This document shows, piece by piece, positions 28,434 through 38,478 of a DNA stretch of 64,000 nucleotides. A program made the position numbers and the translations under genes. The DNA comes from Candidatus Marinacidobacterium sp. (GTDB lineage Bacteria; Acidobacteriota; Vicinamibacteria; Marinacidobacterales; Marinacidobacteraceae): positions 2,624,001-2,688,000 of the forward strand of contig OZ242011.1 of the NCBI GenBank assembly GCA_965204755.1, read 5' to 3'. How positions within the stretch are numbered: position 1 is the stretch's first letter; each line of letters opens with the position of its first letter. The notes under the pieces were generated by a model. It made no database searches and was not told the origin of the DNA. It worked only from the letters and a program-made list of their open reading frames with translations.

Positions 28434-31388
28434 TCAGGCTTCGGCTTCGGCGGCCGCTCCGTCCCCGGCCGCGGCCGACTCGGAGGGGAGCGTGATCACG
28501 AACTCGGCGCCCTTGCCGACTTCGGAGGTCACGGCCAGCGTCCCGCCGTGGCCGCGGACGATGTCGTGGCAGAGCGACAGCCCGAGACCGGTGCCCTTGT
28601 CCGTGTCCTTGGTCGTGAAGAAGGGCTCGAAGATCTTCTTCAGGTGCTCTTCCGGGATTCCCGGGCCGTTGTCGCGGATGCGCACTTCCACCTGGCCGTT
28701 CTCCCGGCGGCTGGTCACCGAGAGCGTGGGCTTGTAGTCGGCCGCCGTGCTGTCGGCGGTCTGCTTTTCCAGCGTCGCCTGGCAGGCGTTCGTCACGATG
28801 TTCAGGAACACCCGGCTGAGATCCTGCGGGACGCCGACCACCGACCCCACATCCTCCCCGAAGTCCTTCTCGATGGTCATCTGGAAGGTGTTGTCCACCG
28901 CCCGCATGGAATGGAAGGCGAGGGCGATGTATTCCTCCAGCATGGAGTTGATCTCGGTGGGACGGCTGGACCCGCCTTCCTTCCGGGCGTGCTCCAGCAT
29001 CCCGTACACGATGTTGCTGGCGCGCTTGCCGTGGTGGACGATCCGCTCCAGGTTCTCGGTGAGGTCCTTGCTGATGTCTTCGACTTCTTCCTTGGTGTCC
29101 TCCGGCAGGGCGTCGGCGACGGTCTCCAGTTCCTCCTTGAGGTCGCTCACCAGACTGTTGGAGATGTCGGCGAAGTTGTTCACGAAGTTCAGCGGGTTCT
29201 TGATTTCGTGGGCGATGCCGGCGGTGAGTTGGCCGAGCGAGGCCAACTTCTCCTGCATGACCATCTGGTCCTGCGCCTTCTGCAGGTCGTCGAGCGTCGC
29301 CGCCAGTTCCTCGTTCTGCGCTTCCACCCGCGCGGCGAGTTGCTCCACCAGGTTCAGCCGCTGCACTTCGAGCGCGTGCTGCCGGAAGACTTCGAGCGCC
29401 TGCGCCATCTCCCCCACTTCGTCCTGTCCGCGCACTTCCACTTCGGTCTTCAGGTCGCCGCCGGCCATCCGGCGCATCGCCGCGGAGAGGTTGGTCAGCC
29501 GCACGATGAGGAACCGCCCGACGAACAACCAGAGGATCAGCGCGGTGCAGGTGAGCGCGAGCACATTGAGCGCGATGAGCAGGGACCGCCCGAGGGTCAG
29601 CGCGGTGTCCGACTCCTCGGTCGCCAGCGTGGCGTCCACTTCGAGCCCCTCGATCAACGCGGTCACCGCGTCGTCGAGCGAGTCGGTGATGCCGCGGTTC
29701 CGGTTCAGGTAGGCCTGCTGGTTCGACAACTCGAACAGGTACCGCTGCCGCATGGCGAAGGCGCCGTCTTCGCCTTCGCCCAACTCTTCGAGCCGGTCGA
29801 TCGCGCGCGCCAGCCCGCGCGGCACATCGTTCCCGAGCCGGGCCATCTCCCGGCGCGCGCCGGAGATCCCGGAGGCGAACCGCTCCTCCAGCGTGCGCAC
29901 CAGGTCCGGATCGTCCTGCACGGCGACTTCCGAGATCAGGCTGCCGGCCAGGTTGGAGCCGGACTGGATCACGCTGAGCGCCCGGTAGCGGGAGATTTCG
30001 GCCTCCGAGCCCCGGATCAGGATCGAAGCCGGCTGGTCGTCGAGTTCCCGCAGCCCGGTCGCCATGAAGAAGTACTGGTCGTCGATCGGCGGGCCGATGA
30101 TTTCGTTCAGTTCCCGCACCCGCTCCACCGCCCGCTCCTGCACGGCGTCGAGCGCTTCCTGCAGGGAAGTGCTCGCGTCCACCGAGGTCTGGACATCCCG
30201 CAGGTTGCTCGCCAGGTCGGCGGAGAACGCCTGGAGCGGCGCGGTCCGTTCGCTGTCGCCGAGCCCCGCGGACACCTCGATGAGGCGCGCGGCGTCTTCC
30301 ATCAGCGAGGCCATGGACTCGCTTTCGCCGCCGGAGTCGCTCTCCGCGGCCTCCCCGGCCCCCCCTCCTTCCGGGCCGGTCGCGAACGCGCGGCTCTGCG
30401 CCGCCGCCACGATGCGGGGGGCGGTGCCGGCGAGCCGGGTCGCAAGTTGCTCGATGCGCACCGCGGTCGTCAGCGCCGGAACATGGGAAGTGTTGATCTC
30501 CTGCTGCAGGTTGCCGACCCGGAAGAACGCCGCCAGCGCCACGATGCTGGCCATCAGCGTGAAGCCCAGGGGCGTGGCCAGACTGGCCGCGATCTGCACC
30601 CGCAGGCTGCGCCGGAGGTCGAGCCGTTGCCGGAACCAGCCGAGGCGCTCCGGCGCCTCTCCGCCCTCCGGTTCGCCTTCGCCGTCCCCGGTCTCGTCCC
30701 CGGTCTCGTCCCCGGTCTCGTCCCCCGTCTCGTCCCCGTCCGCCGGCGCGGGGGCCGGCCCGTCGGCGGCGCCGGCCCGGTCCGCCCCGTCCGCCCCGTC
30801 CGCCCCGGAAGCGCCGTTCGCCTTCCGCGGCTTGCGGGAGAGCGCGCTCTTCAGCGCGTCCGTGATCGAAACGCCGCCGCCGGCCTCTCCCGGCTCGGTT
30901 CCCGACTCTTCCCCGGATTCCTCCCCGGACGACCCGCCGCCGTTCGCCGCCGCCGAGCCGGCCTCGGCGCCTTCGTCATCCGACTTCCGCTCGCCGGAGA
31001 GCGCGTCGCGGAGCGCGCCGGTGATCGAACCGGCGCCGTTCCCCGAGCCCCCCTCGGCCCCGTTCCCCTCCGGCCCGTTCCCGTCCGGATCTGCCGGCCG
31101 GTCGCCCCAGCCTTCTCCCTCATCCGCCTCCCCGTCCGACCCGGCGGGAGCGCCGTCAGCGGACGCCGGCGGCGCGCCGCCTTCGTCGCCGCCCGGCCCC
31201 TCCGCCTCCCCGTCCGGCCCGGCGGGAGCGCCTTGGGCGGACGCCGGCGCTCCGCCCTCTCCCTCTTCCGCCGACCCGTCCGGCGCCGGGCCGTCCGCGC
31301 TCCCGCCGCCGCCGCCGCCCGGCCGATCCTCCGACGAATCCTCGGGGCGGTCCCCGTCGTCGGCGCGGCGGGTCTCGTCAGCGGTCAT
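28434..31388 (-). CDS. Membrane sensor histidine kinase (TorS-like periplasmic domain, HAMP, HisKA, HATPase_c) with long acidic low-complexity N-terminus
   Basis: Two TM segments, HAMP (DEVGEMA), AGIAHEIKNPLNF, NIVTNA, DNGPG, FFTTK and GTGLGL. Confidence 0.92.
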   Translation of the reverse strand: MTADETRRADDGDRPEDSSEDRPGGGGGGSADGPAPDGSAEEGEGGAPASAQGAPAGPDGEAEGPGGDEGGAPPASADGAPAGSDGEADEGEGWGDRPADPDGNGPEGNGAEGGSGNGAGSITGALRDALSGERKSDDEGAEAGSAAANGGGSSGEESGEESGTEPGEAGGGVSITDALKSALSRKPRKANGASGADGADGADRAGAADGPAPAPADGDETGDETGDETGDETGDGEGEPEGGEAPERLGWFRQRLDLRRSLRVQIAASLATPLGFTLMASIVALAAFFRVGNLQQEINTSHVPALTTAVRIEQLATRLAGTAPRIVAAAQSRAFATGPEGGGAGEAAESDSGGESESMASLMEDAARLIEVSAGLGDSERTAPLQAFSADLASNLRDVQTSVDASTSLQEALDAVQERAVERVRELNEIIGPPIDDQYFFMATGLRELDDQPASILIRGSEAEISRYRALSVIQSGSNLAGSLISEVAVQDDPDLVRTLEERFASGISGARREMARLGNDVPRGLARAIDRLEELGEGEDGAFAMRQRYLFELSNQQAYLNRNRGITDSLDDAVTALIEGLEVDATLATEESDTALTLGRSLLIALNVLALTCTALILWLFVGRFLIVRLTNLSAAMRRMAGGDLKTEVEVRGQDEVGEMAQALEVFRQHALEVQRLNLVEQLAARVEAQNEELAATLDDLQKAQDQMVMQEKLASLGQLTAGIAHEIKNPLNFVNNFADISNSLVSDLKEELETVADALPEDTKEEVEDISKDLTENLERIVHHGKRASNIVYGMLEHARKEGGSSRPTEINSMLEEYIALAFHSMRAVDNTFQMTIEKDFGEDVGSVVGVPQDLSRVFLNIVTNACQATLEKQTADSTAADYKPTLSVTSRRENGQVEVRIRDNGPGIPEEHLKKIFEPFFTTKDTDKGTGLGLSLCHDIVRGHGGTLAVTSEVGKGAEFVITLPSESAAAGDGAAAEAEA
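30683..30807. repeat. In-frame microrepeats (12-bp GDET x4; 9-bp GAD x3) in kinase N-terminus
   Basis: gtccccggtctc tandem copies and gtccgcccc x3. Confidence 0.8.
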
Positions 31389-31407
31389 CGAGCCCCCTCC
31401 GCCGGCG

Positions 31408-32589
31408 TCATCGGGCGAGCGGCTGGAGGCTGCCGTCCGGCTCGATCATGGTCAGGAACACCGCGTCGGAGCCCTGGTTGTCCTGTTCGCCGAACGAGAG
31501 CCGGAACCCCCCGAGATCCAGCCGGCCGATCCCGGCCAGCGCCTCGAGGAATTTCTCCTGGGTGGGCTCCGGGCCCGCCCGCTCCAGCACCTCGACGGTG
31601 AGCCGCCCGGTCACATACCCCTCGAGGGACACGAAACTGGGTCGCGGCGCCGGACGCGCCACCCGCGAGAGTTGCCGGCGGTAGCGCTGCACCAGCGGGA
31701 TCGAGGTCTCCTCGGGGAAGGGGACGACTTGGGTGATGAACAACCCGTCGCCGACCGGGCCGAGTTCCCCGACCAGCGCCTCGCTCCCGACGAAGGAAAT
31801 GGTCATCAGCACCGGGTCGAACTGGATCTTGCGCGCCCAGCGGACGAACTCGGCGACCGGCTGGTAGGCGCCGATCATGATCACCGCTTCCGGCCCGGCC
31901 CGGCGGAGGTCGAGCAGCGCCGACTTCACCGCGGTGGTGTTCCGCTGGTAGGCGGCGTGTCCGGTCATCTCCATGCCGCGCCGGGCGAGCGCCCGCTCGA
32001 CCCCGGCCAGCCCGGCGTTCCCGTAGGAGTCGTCCTGGCGCAGGATCCCGATGCGGGAGATGCCGAAGTCGTCCACCAGCCGCCGGACCATCTCGTCGGT
32101 CTCCTGGAAGTAGGAGGCCCGCACATTCACCACGGTGGGCGACTGCGCCTGGTCGCGCAGGAACTCCGCCCCGGTGAACGGGCCGATGTACGGCGCCCCG
32201 GCCTCCCGGGCGAGCGGCTCCGCCGCCCGGGAAGTGGGGGTCCCGACCGCCCCGATCAGCGCGAACACGCTGTGCTCGTGCAGCAGCGCCCGCGTGTTCT
32301 CGATCGCCCGCTCCGGCTCGTAGCCGTCGTCCAGCGAAGTGAGTTCGAGCCGCCGGCCGTGGACGCCGCCCGCCTGGTTCGCTTCGTTGAAGGCCGCGTT
32401 GAGCCCGTGCCTCATGCCGACGCCGAGCGCCGCCGCCGGCCCGCTGAGCGCGGCGGACTGCCCGAACAGGATCGCTTCCTCGGTGACCCCGGGAACCCTC
32501 CGCGCGGACTGCCCGGAGGCGGCGCCGGGAGCGCCCGCGCCGAGAACCGCCGCGAGGCCCGCGGCCGGGAGCCCGACTCGGAAACGCAC
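31408..32589 (-). CDS. Periplasmic substrate-binding protein (LivJ/Peripla_BP_6 type)
   Basis: GQSAALSGPAA.LG, GGVHGRRLEL..LDDGYEP, GAVGTPTS and QDDSYG. Confidence 0.9.
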   Translation of the reverse strand: MRFRVGLPAAGLAAVLGAGAPGAASGQSARRVPGVTEEAILFGQSAALSGPAAALGVGMRHGLNAAFNEANQAGGVHGRRLELTSLDDGYEPERAIENTRALLHEHSVFALIGAVGTPTSRAAEPLAREAGAPYIGPFTGAEFLRDQAQSPTVVNVRASYFQETDEMVRRLVDDFGISRIGILRQDDSYGNAGLAGVERALARRGMEMTGHAAYQRNTTAVKSALLDLRRAGPEAVIMIGAYQPVAEFVRWARKIQFDPVLMTISFVGSEALVGELGPVGDGLFITQVVPFPEETSIPLVQRYRRQLSRVARPAPRPSFVSLEGYVTGRLTVEVLERAGPEPTQEKFLEALAGIGRLDLGGFRLSFGEQDNQGSDAVFLTMIEPDGSLQPLAR

Positions 32590-32596
32590 CGGCGGA

Positions 32597-33748
32597 CTAC
32601 TCCGTGTACCGGAGGGTCAGGCAGGTGATGTCGTCGGACTGGTGTTCGCCGCCGGTGAACTCGCGGACCTTCGCCACGACCGCCTGGTTCATCTCCTCCG
32701 GCGTCCCGTCGGCCACTTCGGAGAGGGCCTTCTCCAGCCGCTCGTTCTCGAACAGGACCTTGTCGTCCCGCTCGGCCTCCGGGACGCCGTCGGTGTAGAG
32801 GAAGACGCTGTCCCCGGACTGCAGGGCCACCGTGTCCTCGCCGTAGGCGAAGTCCGGCGCGACGCCGAGGGCGATCCCCGCGGTCAGCGGCATCTCCCGG
32901 GGCTCGCCGCCGGGGCGCACCAGGTAGGGGGCGCAGTGCCCGGCGTTCGCGTAGGTGAACTTGCCCTCGGCGTCGAGCACCCCGTAGAGCAGGGTCACGA
33001 ACATCGCGGACTCGTTGTCCTCGACGAGGAGGTTGTTGATCCGGGTCAGGACTTCCCCCGGGCCGAGCGCGCTCACCGCGTGCCCCTTCACCAGCGTCCG
33101 GCTGACCATCATGAACAGCGCCGCCGGGACGCCCTTGCCGGAGACATCGGCCATCACCACCCCGACCCGGCTGTCCGGCAGGTGGAAGACATCGTAGAAG
33201 TCCCCCCCCACATCCTGCGCCGGGGTCATCACCGCGTGGGTCTCGCAGTGCTCGGTCTTCGGGAACTGCTGCGGCAGGATGGACATCTGCATGTTCCGGG
33301 CGACCCGGAGTTCCTGGTGGAGCGCCACCAACTGGTTGCGGTGCTTCAGGGCGTCCCGCATCACCTCGAGGTGGGTCAGGGTCTTCTCGATGGTGAGTTC
33401 GAGGTCGGAGAAGTCGATCGGCTTGGTGACGAAGTCGAACGCCCCCCGGTTCATCGCGGTGCGGATGTTCCGCATGTCGCCGTAGGCGGAGACCACCACC
33501 GCCCGCACCCGGGGCCGGTTGTTCTTCAGTTCGTTGAGCAGGGTGAGCCCGTCCATCCGGGGCATGTTGATGTCGGTCATGATCAACTCGATGTCCTCGT
33601 GCTTCTCGAGGGCTTCGAGCGCCTGGACGCCGTCGTGCGCGAAGACGAAGTTCAACTCGCCCTTGCGGATGCGGCGGCGGAACCGCTGCCGGATGAGGCT
33701 TTCGAGATCGGGCTCGTCGTCCACGACCAGGATCGTTTGGGGTGCCAT
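32597..33748 (-). CDS. Response regulator with SpoIIE/PP2C phosphatase output (RsbU-like)
   Basis: Receiver ILVVDDE, TDINMPRMDG and KP; PP2C GGDFYD, ADVSGKG, YTDG and DDIT. Confidence 0.93.
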   Translation of the reverse strand: MAPQTILVVDDEPDLESLIRQRFRRRIRKGELNFVFAHDGVQALEALEKHEDIELIMTDINMPRMDGLTLLNELKNNRPRVRAVVVSAYGDMRNIRTAMNRGAFDFVTKPIDFSDLELTIEKTLTHLEVMRDALKHRNQLVALHQELRVARNMQMSILPQQFPKTEHCETHAVMTPAQDVGGDFYDVFHLPDSRVGVVMADVSGKGVPAALFMMVSRTLVKGHAVSALGPGEVLTRINNLLVEDNESAMFVTLLYGVLDAEGKFTYANAGHCAPYLVRPGGEPREMPLTAGIALGVAPDFAYGEDTVALQSGDSVFLYTDGVPEAERDDKVLFENERLEKALSEVADGTPEEMNQAVVAKVREFTGGEHQSDDITCLTLRYTE

Positions 33749-33984
33749 GGCGCGGGTATTTTCGCAGATGGCGCCCCGCTCCGGTAGCGTCTTTCCGCGG
33801 GGGGCGGGAGGGCCGCCGCCGTCCCGCCGGCCCGGGGGCGCCCCGCGCCGCCCGCCCGCCGGCGCCGCCTCCCGGGGCCCCCGCGGCGTTCTCCCGGTTG
33901 AAGCATCGAGCCGGTTTCCGGTAGGTTCGCCGGCCGCCCGCCCCCTCCCGGTGGCCGGGCCGTTCCTCCGGAGGAGGCCCCCCC

Positions 33985-35304
33985 ATGTTCGCAAGTTCCC
34001 TCTCCCGCCGCCGGTTCCTCGGCGCCTCGGCCGCCGCGCTCGGCGGCGCCGCCCTCCCCGCCTCGCTCGCCGCCGGGCAGCAGCGGCCGGTCCCGCCGCT
34101 CCCGCTCGCCGACCTCACGCCCCCGGCGGATCCCGGCGAGGACTACTGGTGGAAGGTCCGCTCCCAGTTCAATGTGGTGGACGGGATGGCCTTCATGAAC
34201 AACGGCACCCTGGGGCCGAGCCCCCGGATCGTCGCCGACGAGGAGGCCCGGATCTACGCCGAGATCGCCGCCGACCCGACGAACGGCTACCGCCGCGCCG
34301 AACTCCACGAGCACCGGGAGACCCTGGCCGCCTTCATCGGCGCCGAGCCCGACGAAGTGACCTACACCCGGAGCACCACCGAAGGGATGAACATCTTCGG
34401 CCGGGGCCTCGACTGGAAGAGCGGCGACGAGATCCTGATGTGCACCCACGAGCACAACGGCGGGATCGAGCCCTACATCCACGCCGAGGAGCGCTACGGG
34501 GCGGCCATCCGCTGGGTGGACATCCCCTCGCCGCCGGAGAGCGTGGACCAGATCGTCTCGATCTACGAGCAGGCGGTCACCCCCCGCACCCGGGCGATCA
34601 TGGTCAGCCACATGACCTATGTGACCGGCCTGCTGATGCCGGTGAAGGAACTCGCCGACCTCTGCCGCCGGAAGAACCTGCTCCTCACCGTGGACGGCGC
34701 CCACCCGCTGGGGATGATCGCCCTCGACATGAAGGCCCTCGACTGCCACCACTACGCCGGGGCGGGCCAGAAGTGGCTCCTGGCCGGCACCGGCACCGGG
34801 CTCTCCTACATCCGCCGGGACACCATCGGCGAGGTCTGGCCGCTCATCGGCGCGGGCACCTACAAGGTGGACGGCGAGCGGCAGTTCTACGAGGACTCCC
34901 GCAAGTTCGAGAACACCGGCCAGCGCCATACCCCCTCCGCCTTCGCCCTGGTCAAGTCGGTGGAGTTCCAGAAGGTGATCGGCAAGGCCCGCATCGAGGC
35001 CCGCGTCCGGTCGCTCTCCCGCCGGTTGCGGGACGGCCTGGCGGAGATCCCCGGCGTGAAGACCTGGACGGCGAACCGCGACGACCTGGCCGCCGGCCTG
35101 ACCCTGTTCTCGATCCACGACCTGCCGATGGACAACATCCAGCAGGCGCTCCTGGAGCGCGACCGGGTCTTCATCCGGACGATGGGCACCGGGAACCTGA
35201 ACGCGGTGCGCGCCTCCACGCACTTCTACAACATGCCCCACGAAGTGGACCGGCTGCTCGCCGGGGTCCGGAAGATCGCCGGGAACCCGACCTCGGTCGC
35301 GTAG
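33985..35304 (+). CDS. Tat-exported class V PLP aminotransferase (isopenicillin-N epimerase/cysteine lyase-like)
   Basis: SRRRFLG Tat motif, NNGTLG, STTEG, VDGAH and GQKWL PLP lysine. Confidence 0.88.
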   Translation: MFASSLSRRRFLGASAAALGGAALPASLAAGQQRPVPPLPLADLTPPADPGEDYWWKVRSQFNVVDGMAFMNNGTLGPSPRIVADEEARIYAEIAADPTNGYRRAELHEHRETLAAFIGAEPDEVTYTRSTTEGMNIFGRGLDWKSGDEILMCTHEHNGGIEPYIHAEERYGAAIRWVDIPSPPESVDQIVSIYEQAVTPRTRAIMVSHMTYVTGLLMPVKELADLCRRKNLLLTVDGAHPLGMIALDMKALDCHHYAGAGQKWLLAGTGTGLSYIRRDTIGEVWPLIGAGTYKVDGERQFYEDSRKFENTGQRHTPSAFALVKSVEFQKVIGKARIEARVRSLSRRLRDGLAEIPGVKTWTANRDDLAAGLTLFSIHDLPMDNIQQALLERDRVFIRTMGTGNLNAVRASTHFYNMPHEVDRLLAGVRKIAGNPTSVA

Positions 35305-35355
35305 CGGGTTCCGGCCCCGCCCCCTCCGGCCCCGCCCTCCGCGGCGGGGCCGGAC

Positions 35356-36057
35356 CTACCGGAGGAGGGCTTCCCGGAAGCCGGGGTCGCTCAGCCCCGG
35401 CGCGTCGGCGGCGACTTCCGGCAACTCCCCGTTCCACGCGCCGGCCGCGGACTCCAGCCGGCGCCGCCGCTCGTCGGTGAGCGCGCCCTGCGGCGACGGC
35501 GTTCGTTGGTCGAACCAAGTGAGCGCCGCGACGACCCGCGGCAGGAGTTCCGGTTCCGGGTAGAACGCCTGCATCGCGGCGAGGGCGCGCGGCAGGGACT
35601 CCCCGGCGGCGAGCAGGGCCGCGAGGTCCGCCGCGTCGTTCTCCTCGTGCCGTTGGTAGGCCATCGCCGCCTTGAACCCGGCGAGGTCGAGACGCGAAGC
35701 CACCCGCGGCCCGTCCGCCGCGGCGAGCGGCGCCCCGAGGCGCGGATGCGGGAGACCCCCGAAGAACGAGAGGAGCACCGGGCCGGCGCCGGTGTCGAGC
35801 CGCAGGCCGAGCGTGTTCTTCTTGTCCTGCGTCACCGGCGCCCGTTCGAGATCCAACCGGCGGCGCAGCGCCCGCTTCCCGGCGTCGTCCAGCGGCAGCG
35901 ACGAGAAGAAGTCGAAGTCCACGGAGTCCCGGTGCGCCGCGTGGAGGGCCACCGCGGTACCGCCGTAGAGGACGAAGTCCTCGCGGGTCGGGGTCAGTCG
36001 GCGCCAAGCCTCTCGCTGCGGCGCGGGCAGGCGGCTCAGGTGGAGCGCGGGAGGCAC
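35356..36057 (-). CDS. AbiEii/AbiGii-family nucleotidyltransferase toxin
   Basis: FVLYGGTAVALHAAHRDSVDFDFF signature; GTG start at 36057. Confidence 0.85.
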   Translation of the reverse strand: MPPALHLSRLPAPQREAWRRLTPTREDFVLYGGTAVALHAAHRDSVDFDFFSSLPLDDAGKRALRRRLDLERAPVTQDKKNTLGLRLDTGAGPVLLSFFGGLPHPRLGAPLAAADGPRVASRLDLAGFKAAMAYQRHEENDAADLAALLAAGESLPRALAAMQAFYPEPELLPRVVAALTWFDQRTPSPQGALTDERRRRLESAAGAWNGELPEVAADAPGLSDPGFREALLR

Positions 36058-36542
36058 TCCGCGTAGCCGCGCTTCCGGTCGGGGTAGAGCGGAGGCCAGA
36101 CCGTCGGCGCCGGATCCTCGGTGTCCGGCGGCAGCGCGCCCGCGGCCTTCATCTCCGTGACCATGGTCGGCGCCGGTCGGCGGGGCCGCTCCCCGTGGAG
36201 CCGGAGGTGCCAGTACTTCCACTCGATCGGGCTCATGGCGCCCGGCCGGGCGTGGTGGAGGGCGATGCGGAAGGCGCGTTGGCCGAAGAGGTCGAGCCCG
36301 AGGAGCGCGTGTCGGCTCGGCCCCTGCCGCATCAGCCCGCAGAGCAGCGTGACCCCGTCCCGCGCCAGCCCCACCCGGTCCGCCGGCCCGCACCGCCAGG
36401 TGCTCTCCTGCTCCAGCCGCCGCAACTCCGCCAGCCGCTCCGGCGGGCAGCCCGCGACCAGGTCCATCCACGGGCGCTCCCCCGGCGGCGCGTGGCGGGC
36501 CGAGGGTTCCGCGTAGCGGTCCGCCGCCCCCTCGTCAGGCAT
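36036..36542 (-). CDS. Hypothetical protein, probable antitoxin partner of AbiEii
   Basis: Overlaps the AbiEii start; PGAMSPIEWKYWHLRL resembles the W..WH motif of small AbiEii-upstream proteins. Confidence 0.6.
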   Translation of the reverse strand: MPDEGAADRYAEPSARHAPPGERPWMDLVAGCPPERLAELRRLEQESTWRCGPADRVGLARDGVTLLCGLMRQGPSRHALLGLDLFGQRAFRIALHHARPGAMSPIEWKYWHLRLHGERPRRPAPTMVTEMKAAGALPPDTEDPAPTVWPPLYPDRKRGYAECLPRST

Positions 36543-38370
36543 CCGCGTCCCCGAATCCCGGCGGCATCCGCCGGTGGTAGTCCGTCACCCCCTGGAACGC
36601 GTGGGCCAGCGTCAGGACTTCGGAGTCGCCGTAGAGCCGCCCGGTGAACCGGAGGCTGGTCGGCGACCCCTCGTGGAACCCGCTCGGCACGGAGACCTCC
36701 GGGTGCCCGGTCAGGTTCGTGAGCCCGAGATGCGAGCCGACGAACAGGTCGAGGTCGCCCAGCGCCTCGTCGAACTCCTGCATGATCCGGGTGCGGACCC
36801 GCATCGCCTGGATGTACTCCACCGCCGGGACGAACCGGTGGAGCCGGAACGAGTCCGGCCAGCGGCTCTCCTCCGGCGGCTCCTTCATCGCCAGGTCCGC
36901 CCCGCTCCGGGCCAGCGCGTCGTGCGCCGCCGCCGACTCGGTGGTGAGCACGAACCCGAGGTCGTCGGAGCCGAAGTCCGGCAGGTCGAACGGCGCGATC
37001 TCCACCCCGATCCCCCGGAGCGCCTCCAGCGCCGCCCGCGTATTCGCCTGCGTGGCCCGCCGCAGCGCGGTCTGCTCCGGGTTCTCCGGGTCGTCCTCGA
37101 CTTCGTCCTCGACCGCCGCCCGGTCGTAGCCCACGCGCAGCCGGGTCGGGTCGGCGCCGGCGTCCCAGGCGAACGGCGGGTCGTTCACCGCCCGGTCGAG
37201 CCCGTCCGCCCCCCGGATCGCGTCGAAGACCAGCGCGCAGTCCTCGGCGCTCCGGCACATCGGCCCGATCTTGTCCATCGTCCAGGAAAGCGCCATCGCC
37301 CCGGCCCGGCTGACCCGGCCGAAGGTCGGCCGGAGGCCGCTGACCCCGTTCCGGGTGGAGGGCGAGATGATCGAGCCGCGGGTCTCCGTCCCGATGGCGA
37401 ACCCGACCAGTCCGGCGGCGGTGGCGGAACCCGACCCGGCGGAGGAGCCGCTCGACCCCTGCTCGGTGTTCCACGGGTTGCGCGTCCGGCCGCCGAACCA
37501 GCGGTCCCCCTGCGCCAGCGCCCCCATGCTCAACTTGGCCACCAGCACCGCCCCCGCCTCGGTCAACTTGGAGTAAACCGTCGCGTCCTCGGGAATCTCC
37601 CGGTCGCGGTAGGGCGAAGCGCCCCAGGTGGTCTTCGTCCCGCGGACGGAGAGGAGGTCCTTCGCGCCCCAGGGGATCCCGTGGAGCGGGCCGCGGTAGT
37701 TCCCGGCGGCGATCTCCTCGTCGGCCCGCGCCGCCTGCTCCCGCGCCAGGTCTTCGGTCAGGTTCACCACGCAGTGGAGCCGCCCGTCGAACCGGCGCAG
37801 CCGCTCCAGGTACGCCTCGGTGAGTTCCGTCGAAGTGAGTTCGCGGGTCTCGATCAGCCGCGCCAGGCGGGTCACCGGCAGGAACGCCAGTTCCGCGTCC
37901 GACGCCGGCCGGGCGGCCTCGGGCCGCGACGGGCGCATCCCCCCCGCGCCGGTTTCCGGCATCGCCTTCCCCGGCGGCAGCGGGTGGAAGACGAAGGAGG
38001 GCGGCAGGTGGTTGTGGACTTCCGGGTCGCGGATGCCCCGGTAGGAGTCCAGCAGGCTCCGCTCGCCGTTCAGCCGCTCGGCGACCACGGACAGTTCGTC
38101 GTCCGAGAGGTCGAGCCCGGCCAGTTGCTGCGCGGTGCGGAGCATCCCGACGGAGACCTGCTCGGCCTCGGCGGCGCAGGCGGTGAGCGCGCCGGGGAGC
38201 AGCGTCCCGCCGAGCCCCAGCCCGGAGAGCCCGGCGACGAACCGCCGCCGGTTCCATTCGAGGCGCTCCGGGCCGGGCGGAGGCGCGGCGCGGGAGTCGG
38301 CGCGGGACGGGCCGTCGGCGGCCGGTCGGGAAGGGGAGGGGAGGGCGGGATCGGACGAGGAATCGGGCAT
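36535..38370 (-). CDS. Amidase-signature family enzyme, Tat-exported
   Basis: NRRRFV Tat motif, GPLHGIPWGAKD, GSSGSSAGSG and GTETRGSI..P. Confidence 0.92.
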   Translation of the reverse strand: MPDSSSDPALPSPSRPAADGPSRADSRAAPPPGPERLEWNRRRFVAGLSGLGLGGTLLPGALTACAAEAEQVSVGMLRTAQQLAGLDLSDDELSVVAERLNGERSLLDSYRGIRDPEVHNHLPPSFVFHPLPPGKAMPETGAGGMRPSRPEAARPASDAELAFLPVTRLARLIETRELTSTELTEAYLERLRRFDGRLHCVVNLTEDLAREQAARADEEIAAGNYRGPLHGIPWGAKDLLSVRGTKTTWGASPYRDREIPEDATVYSKLTEAGAVLVAKLSMGALAQGDRWFGGRTRNPWNTEQGSSGSSAGSGSATAAGLVGFAIGTETRGSIISPSTRNGVSGLRPTFGRVSRAGAMALSWTMDKIGPMCRSAEDCALVFDAIRGADGLDRAVNDPPFAWDAGADPTRLRVGYDRAAVEDEVEDDPENPEQTALRRATQANTRAALEALRGIGVEIAPFDLPDFGSDDLGFVLTTESAAAHDALARSGADLAMKEPPEESRWPDSFRLHRFVPAVEYIQAMRVRTRIMQEFDEALGDLDLFVGSHLGLTNLTGHPEVSVPSGFHEGSPTSLRFTGRLYGDSEVLTLAHAFQGVTDYHRRMPPGFGDADA

Positions 38371-38478
38371 GGCGCGCCCATTCTCTCCGGTTCGCGGAGA
38401 GTTCCGCCACCCGCGCCCCGGCCTTACCCTCTCCCGCCCCTCGCCCGACTTCCCACCTCGCCCCGCCGCCCCGTCCGC

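Noticed and set aside
36535-38370. gatA
   Set aside because: It has a Tat signal and no gatB/gatC neighbours, so it is a generic amidase-signature enzyme.
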